The notes beneath the pieces were generated by a model, which worked only from the letters and a program-made list of their open reading frames with translations, had not been told where the DNA came from and did not search any database. This document shows positions 46,030 to 54,286 of a DNA stretch of 56,452 bases, one piece after another (positions within the stretch are counted from its first letter, which is position 1; each line of letters starts with the position of its first letter). The position numbers and the translations under genes are program-made. Origin of the DNA: an uncultured Porphyromonadaceae bacterium (lineage in GTDB: Bacteria; Bacteroidota; Bacteroidia; Bacteroidales; Muribaculaceae). The stretch spans positions 1 through 56,452 of the forward strand of contig CAMWSY010000001.1 in assembly GCA_947176995.1 (NCBI GenBank), in the 5' to 3' direction.

Positions 46030-46752
46030 TTATTTCGCTTTGGCGGCCGACTTGGTGGTCACAAGTATCACCCCGGATGCACCCTGCACGCCATAGAGCG
46101 ACGCATCCTTTATCACCTCCACATGATCCACATCGTGGACACTCATAAACTCAAGCGATGGTACCTGCACACCATCGACAAAAAATGCTGGTGGGGCATT
46201 CTTCGTAAAGGAGCCCGGAGTGAGATCCGCTGTTTGAGCATTACGGATGTTTGCAGTCGCTTTCCCACTGATTTGATCGACGCTGATATTTAGTCCAGTC
46301 ACGAGCCCGGCGAGTGCCGCCAATATGTCGTTTTTCCCTGTCCGGCGAAGAGTCTCGCCGCTGATGCCGGAGCTGGAACCTGTAAATTCGCGGCGCTTCA
46401 CATATCCGAAGCCGAAGTTTACAAGTTCATCATCCTGCTGCGCGTCAGCGTTGCCGTCAGCCGCAAGGATTATCCTCATGCTTTGGCGACCGTCGACGGG
46501 AACGCGTATGATCTGCTTCTTGGATATGCGCAGTGTCAGGGTGTCATCGGGAAGTATGTTGGTGAGTCCGAAGCGCCCTTTCTTATCGGTCAGAGAGTAA
46601 TAGTTCGGGTCATTGAGATAGACTCTTATATTCTTGACTGGTTTTAGCTCGCTATTCAGGATCACCCCATTGAAAGGAGTGTCGTCAGCAACGGCCGCAA
46701 CCGGTGTCATCAGCGGCAGTGCCAAAATCAATAATAAATTGTGAATTTTCAT
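46030..46752 (-). CDS. Stand-alone CarboxypepD_reg-like + TonB-receptor plug domain protein (no barrel)
   Basis: Signal peptide. GVILNSELKPVKNIRVYL...DKKGRFGL (regulatory-like domain), then a plug-like region ending VEVIKDASLYGVQGASGVILVTTK. Only 240 aa. Confidence 0.7.
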   Translation of the reverse strand: MKIHNLLLILALPLMTPVAAVADDTPFNGVILNSELKPVKNIRVYLNDPNYYSLTDKKGRFGLTNILPDDTLTLRISKKQIIRVPVDGRQSMRIILAADGNADAQQDDELVNFGFGYVKRREFTGSSSGISGETLRRTGKNDILAALAGLVTGLNISVDQISGKATANIRNAQTADLTPGSFTKNAPPAFFVDGVQVPSLEFMSVHDVDHVEVIKDASLYGVQGASGVILVTTKSAAKAK

Positions 46753-46956
46753 GACCTCATGAATTTAAGTTTTGTGCAAATAAAGCCCTAATTTTAATAA
46801 ACCGCAAACTTTTCGTTGGAAAAAAGTAATAGTCTACGTCCGCAAACCGTCCGACCCGTCTGAATCGTCTGACACGTCCGACTTGTATGGCTGCGTACCA
46901 CGGTGCATCCCGCTCCCTTCCCCTTCGGCGTTCTCCGAGATCTCCGCGTCCTCTTA

Positions 46957-47904
46957 TCAGTACACCAGCTCGATATTGTCAATCCACAGCGTCTGTCCCG
47001 GCGTACCCACGTAGGCCGTGCCGCAAGCTGCCGAAGCCATGATCAGAATATGCGTCGGCTTGGCATCGGGGGAGTCCCACCCCACTTCATGCACAGGCAC
47101 CATCTTACCCTTGCTGTTGATGGCATAGTAGCACTTCTCCTCGGGAATCAGGCCCATCCACGGCTGGTAATAAGGCTGTTTGGTTATATCACCGTAGTTC
47201 ACGTCAAGAGTGTGCCCCTCGACCCAGTCGGTCGTTTTGAAAAACCGCTCGCGTCCTGTGCCCACGCGCTTGGCATAGATTTTCCCGTTCTCCTCCCAGC
47301 GCCGTTGCAGGATGATGAACACCTCCGAGCTGTCGCGCCCCGCGATCTCCTTCTTCTTGCTGAAACCGGTGCAGATGATACGGTGATTCACGTTTGGGCA
47401 GTTGACCTTGTAGTCGAACTTCAGTGCCTTCGGGCGTCCTGTGAACGGCACTCCCATCTCCATCTTGCTGTAAGGGTCGGAACTCGACTTCACAGGCTCC
47501 ATCATCTGCCCGAGAAACATCGAGCCACCCACAAGCACCTCTATATTCACCAGTCCCAGTGCTTTTATAGAGTCCAGTTTGGTGGTAAGTTTCACGCAAC
47601 GCCCTGCGCCATGCTTGTCAGGATAAACGGCCACGCTCCCTTTGTTCACCCCCACTACACGGGCATAAACGTTTGATGTAGCCCACGGTGAACTTGTCGA
47701 CGAGTAAGCCTTCGCACCTTTTATCGTGTCGTTCGGCCCTATCTCATAGAGCGTTTTCGTCTTGCCTCCGATGATGCCTGATTCCGGTATCTCGCGCACC
47801 ACCCACTGGTCGAAGTTGCTGTATTTGAGTTGCTGCTGGGCGTCTGCGGTACTCAGCCCGGCGATTATCGAGAGTATGATGAAAGCAATTTTCCGTGTAA
47901 TCAT
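46957..47904 (-). CDS. PCMD (putative carbohydrate metabolism domain) protein, secreted
   Basis: Signal peptide, 315 aa, C-terminal ...TLWIDNIELVY typical of PCMD-domain proteins (from memory). Confidence 0.5.
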   Translation of the reverse strand: MITRKIAFIILSIIAGLSTADAQQQLKYSNFDQWVVREIPESGIIGGKTKTLYEIGPNDTIKGAKAYSSTSSPWATSNVYARVVGVNKGSVAVYPDKHGAGRCVKLTTKLDSIKALGLVNIEVLVGGSMFLGQMMEPVKSSSDPYSKMEMGVPFTGRPKALKFDYKVNCPNVNHRIICTGFSKKKEIAGRDSSEVFIILQRRWEENGKIYAKRVGTGRERFFKTTDWVEGHTLDVNYGDITKQPYYQPWMGLIPEEKCYYAINSKGKMVPVHEVGWDSPDAKPTHILIMASAACGTAYVGTPGQTLWIDNIELVY

Positions 47905-47925
47905 TCTTAGAGTAGAGGATTAGGA

Positions 47926-48555
47926 TTAGAAACCTATTGCATCGGCGTCAGCCTCGGCTATCGAAGTGATGGCGATGTCGCATAGCGGTGCGACCTTTTC
48001 AATCGGGTTTGTTGTTGTCAGCCCCACAACGCGTGCGCCCGAGCGGCGTCCTGCTTCAAGCCCCTGAAGCGAATCCTCGAAAACCACACACAGTTCCGGT
48101 GCCACACCGAGCCTCTCGGCAGCTAAAAGATAGCCCTGAGGATCGGGTTTCGACCGCTGCACGTCATCGGCTATCACCACCGTGTCCATCCTTGCGGCGA
48201 GAGTGGGGTTCTGTAGTGCGAGGGCATCCATCTTCTTCCGGTCGCTCGATGTGACTATGGCGCACTTCACACCCCGGCGTCTCAGCTCCGTCAGAAACTC
48301 GCTTGCGCCCGGAAAGAGAGCGTAGACCATCGTGTCCTCGAAATCATGAATCATCTTCTCGATTTCAGCGCGGGTCTCAGGCTCGGGGAAGTGCGTCGAC
48401 AGGATATCATCGAGAGTCGTGCCCTTAATGTCGTTGGCGAATGTAGGCACTTTATCATAGTGCTTTCCCACCTTGTTCCAAAAACTTGTGTAGATGCCTT
48501 CTGTGTCGATCAGAACGCCGTCAAGATCAAAAAGAGCCGCTTTATACTTTCCCAT
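47926..48555 (-). CDS. HAD-IA family hydrolase (beta-phosphoglucomutase-like)
   Basis: Motifs AALFDLDGVLIDTE, VTSS, and FEDSLQGLEAGRRSGARVVGL. Confidence 0.88.
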   Translation of the reverse strand: MGKYKAALFDLDGVLIDTEGIYTSFWNKVGKHYDKVPTFANDIKGTTLDDILSTHFPEPETRAEIEKMIHDFEDTMVYALFPGASEFLTELRRRGVKCAIVTSSDRKKMDALALQNPTLAARMDTVVIADDVQRSKPDPQGYLLAAERLGVAPELCVVFEDSLQGLEAGRRSGARVVGLTTTNPIEKVAPLCDIAITSIAEADADAIGF

Positions 48556-48644
48556 TTTGCAGTAATTTTATGCAAAAATACTGCTTTTTGAAGTTTTTAA
48601 CAGTGCACAACTTCCACAGAATTGGTCAGAGGGGCTTAAAAGTA

Positions 48645-48652
48645 TATATTTG
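48645..48652 (+). promoter_or_regulatory. Candidate -7 promoter box (tatatttg) for the polyferredoxin/AKR pair
   Basis: Exact TAnnTTTG 51 bp upstream of the ATG at 48703. Confidence 0.45.
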
Positions 48653-48702
48653 CACATGTGATGTAATTAGTAATTAATCGTTCGTTCCATAACCGTTTTG
48701 CA

Positions 48703-50274
48703 ATGTTGAAAAAGTTAAGAGTCGTGCTTGCGGTAATTTTCATCGTCTGTCTGACGGCTCTGTTTGTGGATTTCACGGGATCGGCAATTGATCCCTTGGG
48801 ATGGATGGCAAAGGCACAGTTTTGGCCTGCTGTCCTGAGTTTCAATATTATCTCTCTCGTGCTGCTGATCCTCCTCACCTTTGTGGCGGGTCGCATCTAT
48901 TGTTCTGTCATCTGCCCTCTTGGAGTGATGCAGGACGCCTTCAACCGTTTCGGAGCACTCCGTGTCCGCAAGGCCGCCCGCAAGTTCCGTTTCGCCTATC
49001 AGCCTGAGAAAAAGCTCGTGAGATATATAGTGTTCGTAATTTTCGCCATAGGCATGATTGCGGGTGCCTTCTGGGCGGGTGCACGCGTGTGGATGGCGCT
49101 CATCGAGCCCTATTCGATGTATGGCCGCATTGCCGCCGATGTAGTGAAGCCCGTCTATGACGCAGGCAACAATGTCCTTGCCGGGATTGCCGAGATCAAC
49201 GACAGCACATTGTTCTACCGTGTGACGAGTGTTGTCGGCAGCGGCCCCGCCATGTGGGTGGCTTTGATCTCCCTCTTCATTGTCGGAGCTACGGCATTTG
49301 TGGCCGGCCGTGCGTGGTGCAACACCATCTGCCCCGTCGGGACGCTTCTCGGTGTCATTTCCCGCTTCTCCATCTTCGGCGTGCGTTTCGACGAGAGCAA
49401 GTGCACCGGTTGCCGTAAGTGCGAGCGCAACTGTAAGGCCAAGTGTATCGATGTGAAGAACCGCAAGGTCGATTACTCCCGCTGCGTGACCTGCTTCAAC
49501 TGCACGGAGTCATGCTCCTTCGGTGCCATGACCTACGGCATCCGCCGCAACATTCAGGCAACCGAACCGGCCGAACCGGCCAAGGCTTCATGCGACGACG
49601 CTTCGCGACGCGGTTTCATGACCGGGCTCGCTGCAATTGCCACCGCATCGGTAGCCAAAGCAGCCGACGCGCTCACCGACTCCATCAAGCCCCGTGAGGA
49701 GAAGACCACCGACGGTGGTTTTGCCGACATTACCCCAAAGCACAACCCCGAGCCCGAGCAGCCGATTGTGCCACCCGGTGCAATAAGCTGGCGAAACTTC
49801 GCCACGCACTGCACCGCGTGTCAGCTGTGTGTGTCGGCGTGCCCCAACGAGGTTCTCAAACCCTCGACCTCGCTCGATACATTCATGATGCCGCAGATGG
49901 ACTTTGACCTCGGTTACTGCCGCCCCGAGTGCGTGCGTTGCTCCGAAGTCTGCCCTGCCGGTGCTATCCGCCCGATCACGGTTGCCGATAAATCCGATAT
50001 CTCGGTGGGTATGGCCCGCGTCTACATGCACTCCTGTCTTGCCGCGCAGGGCGAGGCTGCTTGCGGTATATGCGCCCGTCATTGCCCCTCCCATGCCATC
50101 ACCATGATGCCCTTCGGCGGAGATCGCGTCGGCAACGACGGACTCCCGTTGCGTCGTCCCGTAGTCGACGAAAGCCGCTGTCTCGGATGCGGTGCCTGTG
50201 AAAACCTTTGTCCTGTCTCTCCCGTGAGTGCAATCCGCGTCGACGGGCGTGACGCTCACACCACTATCGGCTGA
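48703..50274 (+). CDS. Membrane-bound polyferredoxin (NapH-like N-terminal half fused to NapG-like multi-[4Fe-4S] half)
   Basis: TM helices with CxxCP motifs (YCSVICPLG, WCNTICPVG). Cluster motifs CTGCRKCERNC, CVTCFNCTESC, CTACQLCVSACP, CVRCSEVCP, CGICARHCP, CLGCGACENLCP. Internal SRRGFMTGLAAIATASVAKA. Confidence 0.8.
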   Translation: MLKKLRVVLAVIFIVCLTALFVDFTGSAIDPLGWMAKAQFWPAVLSFNIISLVLLILLTFVAGRIYCSVICPLGVMQDAFNRFGALRVRKAARKFRFAYQPEKKLVRYIVFVIFAIGMIAGAFWAGARVWMALIEPYSMYGRIAADVVKPVYDAGNNVLAGIAEINDSTLFYRVTSVVGSGPAMWVALISLFIVGATAFVAGRAWCNTICPVGTLLGVISRFSIFGVRFDESKCTGCRKCERNCKAKCIDVKNRKVDYSRCVTCFNCTESCSFGAMTYGIRRNIQATEPAEPAKASCDDASRRGFMTGLAAIATASVAKAADALTDSIKPREEKTTDGGFADITPKHNPEPEQPIVPPGAISWRNFATHCTACQLCVSACPNEVLKPSTSLDTFMMPQMDFDLGYCRPECVRCSEVCPAGAIRPITVADKSDISVGMARVYMHSCLAAQGEAACGICARHCPSHAITMMPFGGDRVGNDGLPLRRPVVDESRCLGCGACENLCPVSPVSAIRVDGRDAHTTIG

Positions 50275-50281
50275 TAATCTC

Positions 50282-51694
50282 ATGAAAAATAATAAATTTC
50301 AATACGATCCCGGTCGCCGCACGGCTCTCAAAGGCATTGCCCTCGGCGGTGCCGCAACCATGGCCGGCGGTGTCGGCTCAATAATCTCCTCCTGCACCTC
50401 ACGCAAGGAGCCCGACCGCTCCAAAGCTGCCGTCGGCACAGGTGAGATGACCTATCGCGTCAATCCCAATACCGATGACAAAGTGTCGATACTCGGCTAC
50501 GGCTGTATGCGATGGCCGTCAGTACCCGGCTCCGACGGAGTGCTTGATCAGGAAGCTGTGAATGAGCTGGTCGACTATGCGCTTGCCCACGGTGTCAATT
50601 ACTTCGACACGTCGCCCGCCTATTGCCGCGGACAGAGCGAGCAGGTCACCGGCAACGCTCTTGCCCGTCATCCGCGCGACTCCTACTTCATTGCCACGAA
50701 GTTATCCAACTTCGCGCCCCAGACATGGTCACGCGAGAAGTCGATGGAGATGTACAACAACTCATTCAAGTATCTCCAGACCGACTACATCGACTATCTC
50801 CTCCTTCACGCCATCGGGCAGGGAGGCATGGAAAACTTCAACAGCCGTTACATCGACAACGGTATGCTCGACTTCCTTGTCGACGAGCGTGAGGCCGGAC
50901 GCATACGCAACCTCGGTTTCTCCTACCACGGCGACATAGAGGTGTTCGACACCATGCTCAAGTGGCACGACGAAGGGCGCATCCACTGGGATTTCGTGCA
51001 GATACAGATGAACTACGTCGACTGGCTCCATGCCAAGGAGATCAACGAGCGCAACACCAACGGCGAGTATCTCTACAACGAGCTTGCCAAGCGTGGTATT
51101 CCCGCCGTGATCATGGAGCCCCTGCTCGGCGGACGCCTTGCATCGATGCCCGAAAACCTGACCTCGATGCTCAAGAATGCGAGACCCGACGATAGCATCG
51201 CTTCATGGGCATTCCGCTATGCCGGTACTCCCGAGGGCATACTCACGGTGCTTTCAGGCATGACCTACAAAGATCACCTCCGCGACAATCTTGCCACCTA
51301 CTCGCCCCTTGCCCCGATATCGGCCGACGAGGACGCGCTCTTGCAGAAAGTGGCCACGATGATGCTCTCCTATCCCATCGTTCAGTGCAACGACTGCAAG
51401 TATTGTATGCCATGCCCCCACGGGCTTGACATACCCGGCATACTTCTGCACTACAACAAGATGGTCAATCAGGGCGACATTGTCACATCGGTTGACGATC
51501 CCAACTATGCCCATGCGCGCCGCGAGTTCCTTGTCGGCATGGACCGCAAGGTGCCCAAGTTGCGTCAGGCTGCACATTGCACCGACTGTAAGGAATGTAA
51601 CAAGCACTGCCCGCAGTCAATCGACATTCCGGCCGAGCTCATGCGCATCGACGCCTATGCCGAGGCATTGCGGCGTGGGGAGGTTTCGGTATGA
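50282..51694 (+). CDS. TAT-exported aldo/keto reductase with C-terminal 4Fe-4S ferredoxin-type domain
   Basis: Start chosen at MKNNKFQYDPGRRTALKGIALGGAATMAGG (twin-Arg signal). AKR core (GVNYFDTSPAYCRG). C-terminal CNDCKYCMPCP...CTDCKECNKHCP. Confidence 0.82.
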   Translation: MKNNKFQYDPGRRTALKGIALGGAATMAGGVGSIISSCTSRKEPDRSKAAVGTGEMTYRVNPNTDDKVSILGYGCMRWPSVPGSDGVLDQEAVNELVDYALAHGVNYFDTSPAYCRGQSEQVTGNALARHPRDSYFIATKLSNFAPQTWSREKSMEMYNNSFKYLQTDYIDYLLLHAIGQGGMENFNSRYIDNGMLDFLVDEREAGRIRNLGFSYHGDIEVFDTMLKWHDEGRIHWDFVQIQMNYVDWLHAKEINERNTNGEYLYNELAKRGIPAVIMEPLLGGRLASMPENLTSMLKNARPDDSIASWAFRYAGTPEGILTVLSGMTYKDHLRDNLATYSPLAPISADEDALLQKVATMMLSYPIVQCNDCKYCMPCPHGLDIPGILLHYNKMVNQGDIVTSVDDPNYAHARREFLVGMDRKVPKLRQAAHCTDCKECNKHCPQSIDIPAELMRIDAYAEALRRGEVSV

Positions 51695-51727
51695 TGCCCA
51701 CCTCCCGTTGGACTAAAATGATAAATA

Positions 51728-53005
51728 ATGCGATTTGAAGATCTTGACTTCAGCGACGAGGTGCTTGATGCCCTCGACGCGATGAACTTTGGCGAATGCA
51801 CACCTGTTCAGGAAAAAGCCATCCCGGAAATTCTCGACGGCAATGACCTCATTGCCGTCGCTCAGACCGGAACCGGAAAAACGGCCGCATTCCTTCTCCC
51901 CGTCATACAGCGTATGCAGGATGACGGCACAGCCGGAACACCCGGCATAAAATGTCTGGTGCTCACACCCACGCGTGAGCTTGCCATGCAGATCGATCAT
52001 CAGCTCGAAGGATTCTCATATTATCTTAATGTCAGCAATATTGCGATTTATGGGAGTACCGACGGTCCCGCCTATGCCCGTCAGCAGCGCGGTCTGAAAG
52101 AGGGGGCCGACATTGTTGTGGCCACCCCCGGCCGGCTCATGTCGCACATCAACATGGGCTACGTCGATATGTCGAAACTCGGATACCTTATCCTCGACGA
52201 GGCCGACCGTATGCTCGACATGGGCTTCTACGATGATATCATGCACATCGCGACCCGACTCCCCTCCGAGCGTCAGACACTCCTTTTCTCTGCCACGATG
52301 CCCGACCGCATCGTCAAGCTCTCGCGGTCGATTCTCCGCAACCCGGTGCAGGTGAAGATTGCCGTTTCACGCCCCGCCGACAAGATCGATCAGCGCGCCA
52401 TGTTCTGCGGTGTCGGCGAGAAAGCCGGAATACTTGTCGATCTTCTCAAGGAAGAAGGTGGCCGCAAGCGTGTCATTGTTTTTGTCGGGTCGAAACTCGG
52501 AGTAAAAGATCTCCGCAAGATTTTGGCTAAAGAGGGAATCAGCGTCGACGAGATGCACAGCGACCTTGAGCAGAACAGGCGCGAGGAGGTCATACGCGCG
52601 TTCAAGGCCGGACATACCGACGTCCTCGTGGCCACCGACATCATGGCGCGCGGCATCGACATCGACGACATTTCGATGGTCGTCAACTACGACGTTCCTG
52701 CCGAGCCCGAGGACTATGTGCACCGCATCGGCCGCACAGCCCGTGCCGGTGAAGAAGGTATCGCAGTAACCTTTGTTAGTGAGCGTGACCGTCGCCGCTT
52801 TGCGCGCATCGAGAAATTCCTGCGCAAGCGTGTCACCCGCATCACAGCCCATAACGATGTTCAGGAGAGAGCGGGGGAGTGCGCCGACAGCGCGCCCGTC
52901 CAAGAAGAAGCCCCGGCAGCTACGTCTTGCGATGCTGCTGCAAAAAAGAAGCGCCGTCGCCCCTACTGGAAACGCCGCCGCAAACCCACCCCTCCCACCA
53001 ATTGA
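51728..53005 (+). CDS. DEAD-box ATP-dependent RNA helicase
   Basis: Motifs AQTGTGKT, PTRELA, LDEADRMLDMGF, SAT, HRIGRTARAG. Basic C-terminal tail. Confidence 0.95.
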   Translation: MRFEDLDFSDEVLDALDAMNFGECTPVQEKAIPEILDGNDLIAVAQTGTGKTAAFLLPVIQRMQDDGTAGTPGIKCLVLTPTRELAMQIDHQLEGFSYYLNVSNIAIYGSTDGPAYARQQRGLKEGADIVVATPGRLMSHINMGYVDMSKLGYLILDEADRMLDMGFYDDIMHIATRLPSERQTLLFSATMPDRIVKLSRSILRNPVQVKIAVSRPADKIDQRAMFCGVGEKAGILVDLLKEEGGRKRVIVFVGSKLGVKDLRKILAKEGISVDEMHSDLEQNRREEVIRAFKAGHTDVLVATDIMARGIDIDDISMVVNYDVPAEPEDYVHRIGRTARAGEEGIAVTFVSERDRRRFARIEKFLRKRVTRITAHNDVQERAGECADSAPVQEEAPAATSCDAAAKKKRRRPYWKRRRKPTPPTN

Positions 53006-53033
53006 CAAAATGCAGAGCGGGCACAACCTGTTT

Positions 53034-53201
53034 GTAGGGGTGTTGCGGCAGCACGCCCATCCGGCCGGAGGCCGGACATTTGGTTAACCGCGGGCGTTTA
53101 CGCCCGTGGACAGCCGAGTACGACTTATCACTTCGTCCCCGGCGGGGACGCACCAAAATTGGCAAACGTTATTTGAACCGTATTGCACGGTTCGTGCGTC
53201 C
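53034..53201 (+). repeat. REP mosaic: family E hairpin (53038-53058), family A unit (53061-53153), partial family B hairpin (53185-53197)
   Basis: gtaggggtgttgcggcagcacgccca parallels 45819-45843. The A unit is near-identical to 35693-35787. The B fragment is gcacg-gtt-cgtgc. Confidence 0.8.
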
Positions 53202-53297
53202 TGCTTTATCTCAAATCGTTACATCCATGTACTACACCCGTGCATTCCAGAAAACACAATTTTGCCCCACCACACACACATATCGCTAAAAAATAAA

Positions 53298-53322
53298 TCA
53301 GCCGCATTCATCGTGCGGCTGA
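53298..53322. terminator. Bidirectional terminator hairpin between the DEAD-box helicase and skp/ompH genes
   Basis: tcagccgca-ttcatcg-tgcggctga flanked by aaaaaataaa upstream and cttatttta downstream (T tracts on both strands). Confidence 0.6.
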
Positions 53323-53352
53323 CTTATTTTATGATTTATATTCTTTTTCTAT

Positions 53353-53952
53353 TTACTTCACGATATTGTAGCGTGAGTTGAGACCCTCGATTACCTCCTT
53401 GGTGATGTCGAGAGCGGGATTGAAGTAAACACCGGCAGCCCTGAAGAGAATGGCATCGTAGTGCTTGCCCTTGTTGTAGTCGTTGATAAAGCTCTGTATT
53501 GAGTCATTAAGTGTCTGGTTCTGTGTGCCGAGATCCTGCTGAGCCTTGCGCTCCATGGCAGCGAGAGCGTTCTGGGCATCTGCCTGCATCTTGTTGAGCT
53601 TCTGCACGTCGGCATTGTAGCTTGCCTCGGTCAGATAACCGTTGCTGCGGGCTTTGTCCTCGATCGACTGACCGAACTTCTGTATCTTGTTGGCCTCCGT
53701 GCGCTGAGCCTGTTCAAGATCGCTGTAGGTGCGTATTGTGAACTCCTGAACGTCCTTGGCCAGATGGTAATATTCCATGATGGTGTCAAGGTCGATGTAG
53801 CGTATGTTGGTTGACGAGGCAAAAGACTCTCCGGCTGTTGCGGTAGTGGCGGCGGGAGCCTCAGGTGTAGTGGTTGTCTTGGCGTTGTCTGAGCAGGATG
53901 CGACCGCGCAGAGCATCAGAAGGCCGGCGGCGCCGAGTGCTGTTTTCTTCAT
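53353..53952 (-). CDS. OmpH/Skp-family periplasmic chaperone
   Basis: Lipoprotein-like signal (LMLCAVASCS). Coiled-coil Gln/Lys/Ala-rich 199-aa protein typical of OmpH. Confidence 0.8.
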   Translation of the reverse strand: MKKTALGAAGLLMLCAVASCSDNAKTTTTPEAPAATTATAGESFASSTNIRYIDLDTIMEYYHLAKDVQEFTIRTYSDLEQAQRTEANKIQKFGQSIEDKARSNGYLTEASYNADVQKLNKMQADAQNALAAMERKAQQDLGTQNQTLNDSIQSFINDYNKGKHYDAILFRAAGVYFNPALDITKEVIEGLNSRYNIVK

Positions 53953-53993
53953 GTATGAGTTCAGTGGTTGAATTTGTTATTCTTTGATTGGGT

Positions 53994-54125
53994 TTATTGG
54001 CGTCGGCCGTCGTGATGATGACCGTGGTGGCCCGGAAAACGACCTCCTTTCACAAAAAGCACCTTCACACCGAGCATAACCAAGGCGAAAATTAGCAGAA
54101 TTATTGTGAAAAGCAGGGTTTTCAT
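53994..54125 (-). CDS. Small (43 aa) membrane protein with His-rich tail, hypothetical
   Basis: Hand-translated: MKTLLFTIILLIFALVMLGVKVLFVKGGRFPGHHGHHHDGRRQ*, directly upstream of skp on the same strand. Confidence 0.35.
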   Translation of the reverse strand: MKTLLFTIILLIFALVMLGVKVLFVKGGRFPGHHGHHHDGRRQ

Positions 54126-54286
54126 GGCACTGCGCCGATTTTTGTGCTGCAAATATAAGAAAGATACCTATAATTTTTGCAGTGATGCCTTTTTATTTTG
54201 TAACTTAGTGTGCGTGAACCGACAGGTTTTAACTTAATATAACACTGCTCAAACAAAATTAACCGGAAATATATAAATTCCCAGTC

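Noticed and set aside
50228-50281. Upstream start (50228) for the aldo/keto reductase, overlapping the polyferredoxin gene
   Set aside because: The ATG at 50282 yields a canonical twin-arginine signal at the very N-terminus and removes the 47-bp overlap.
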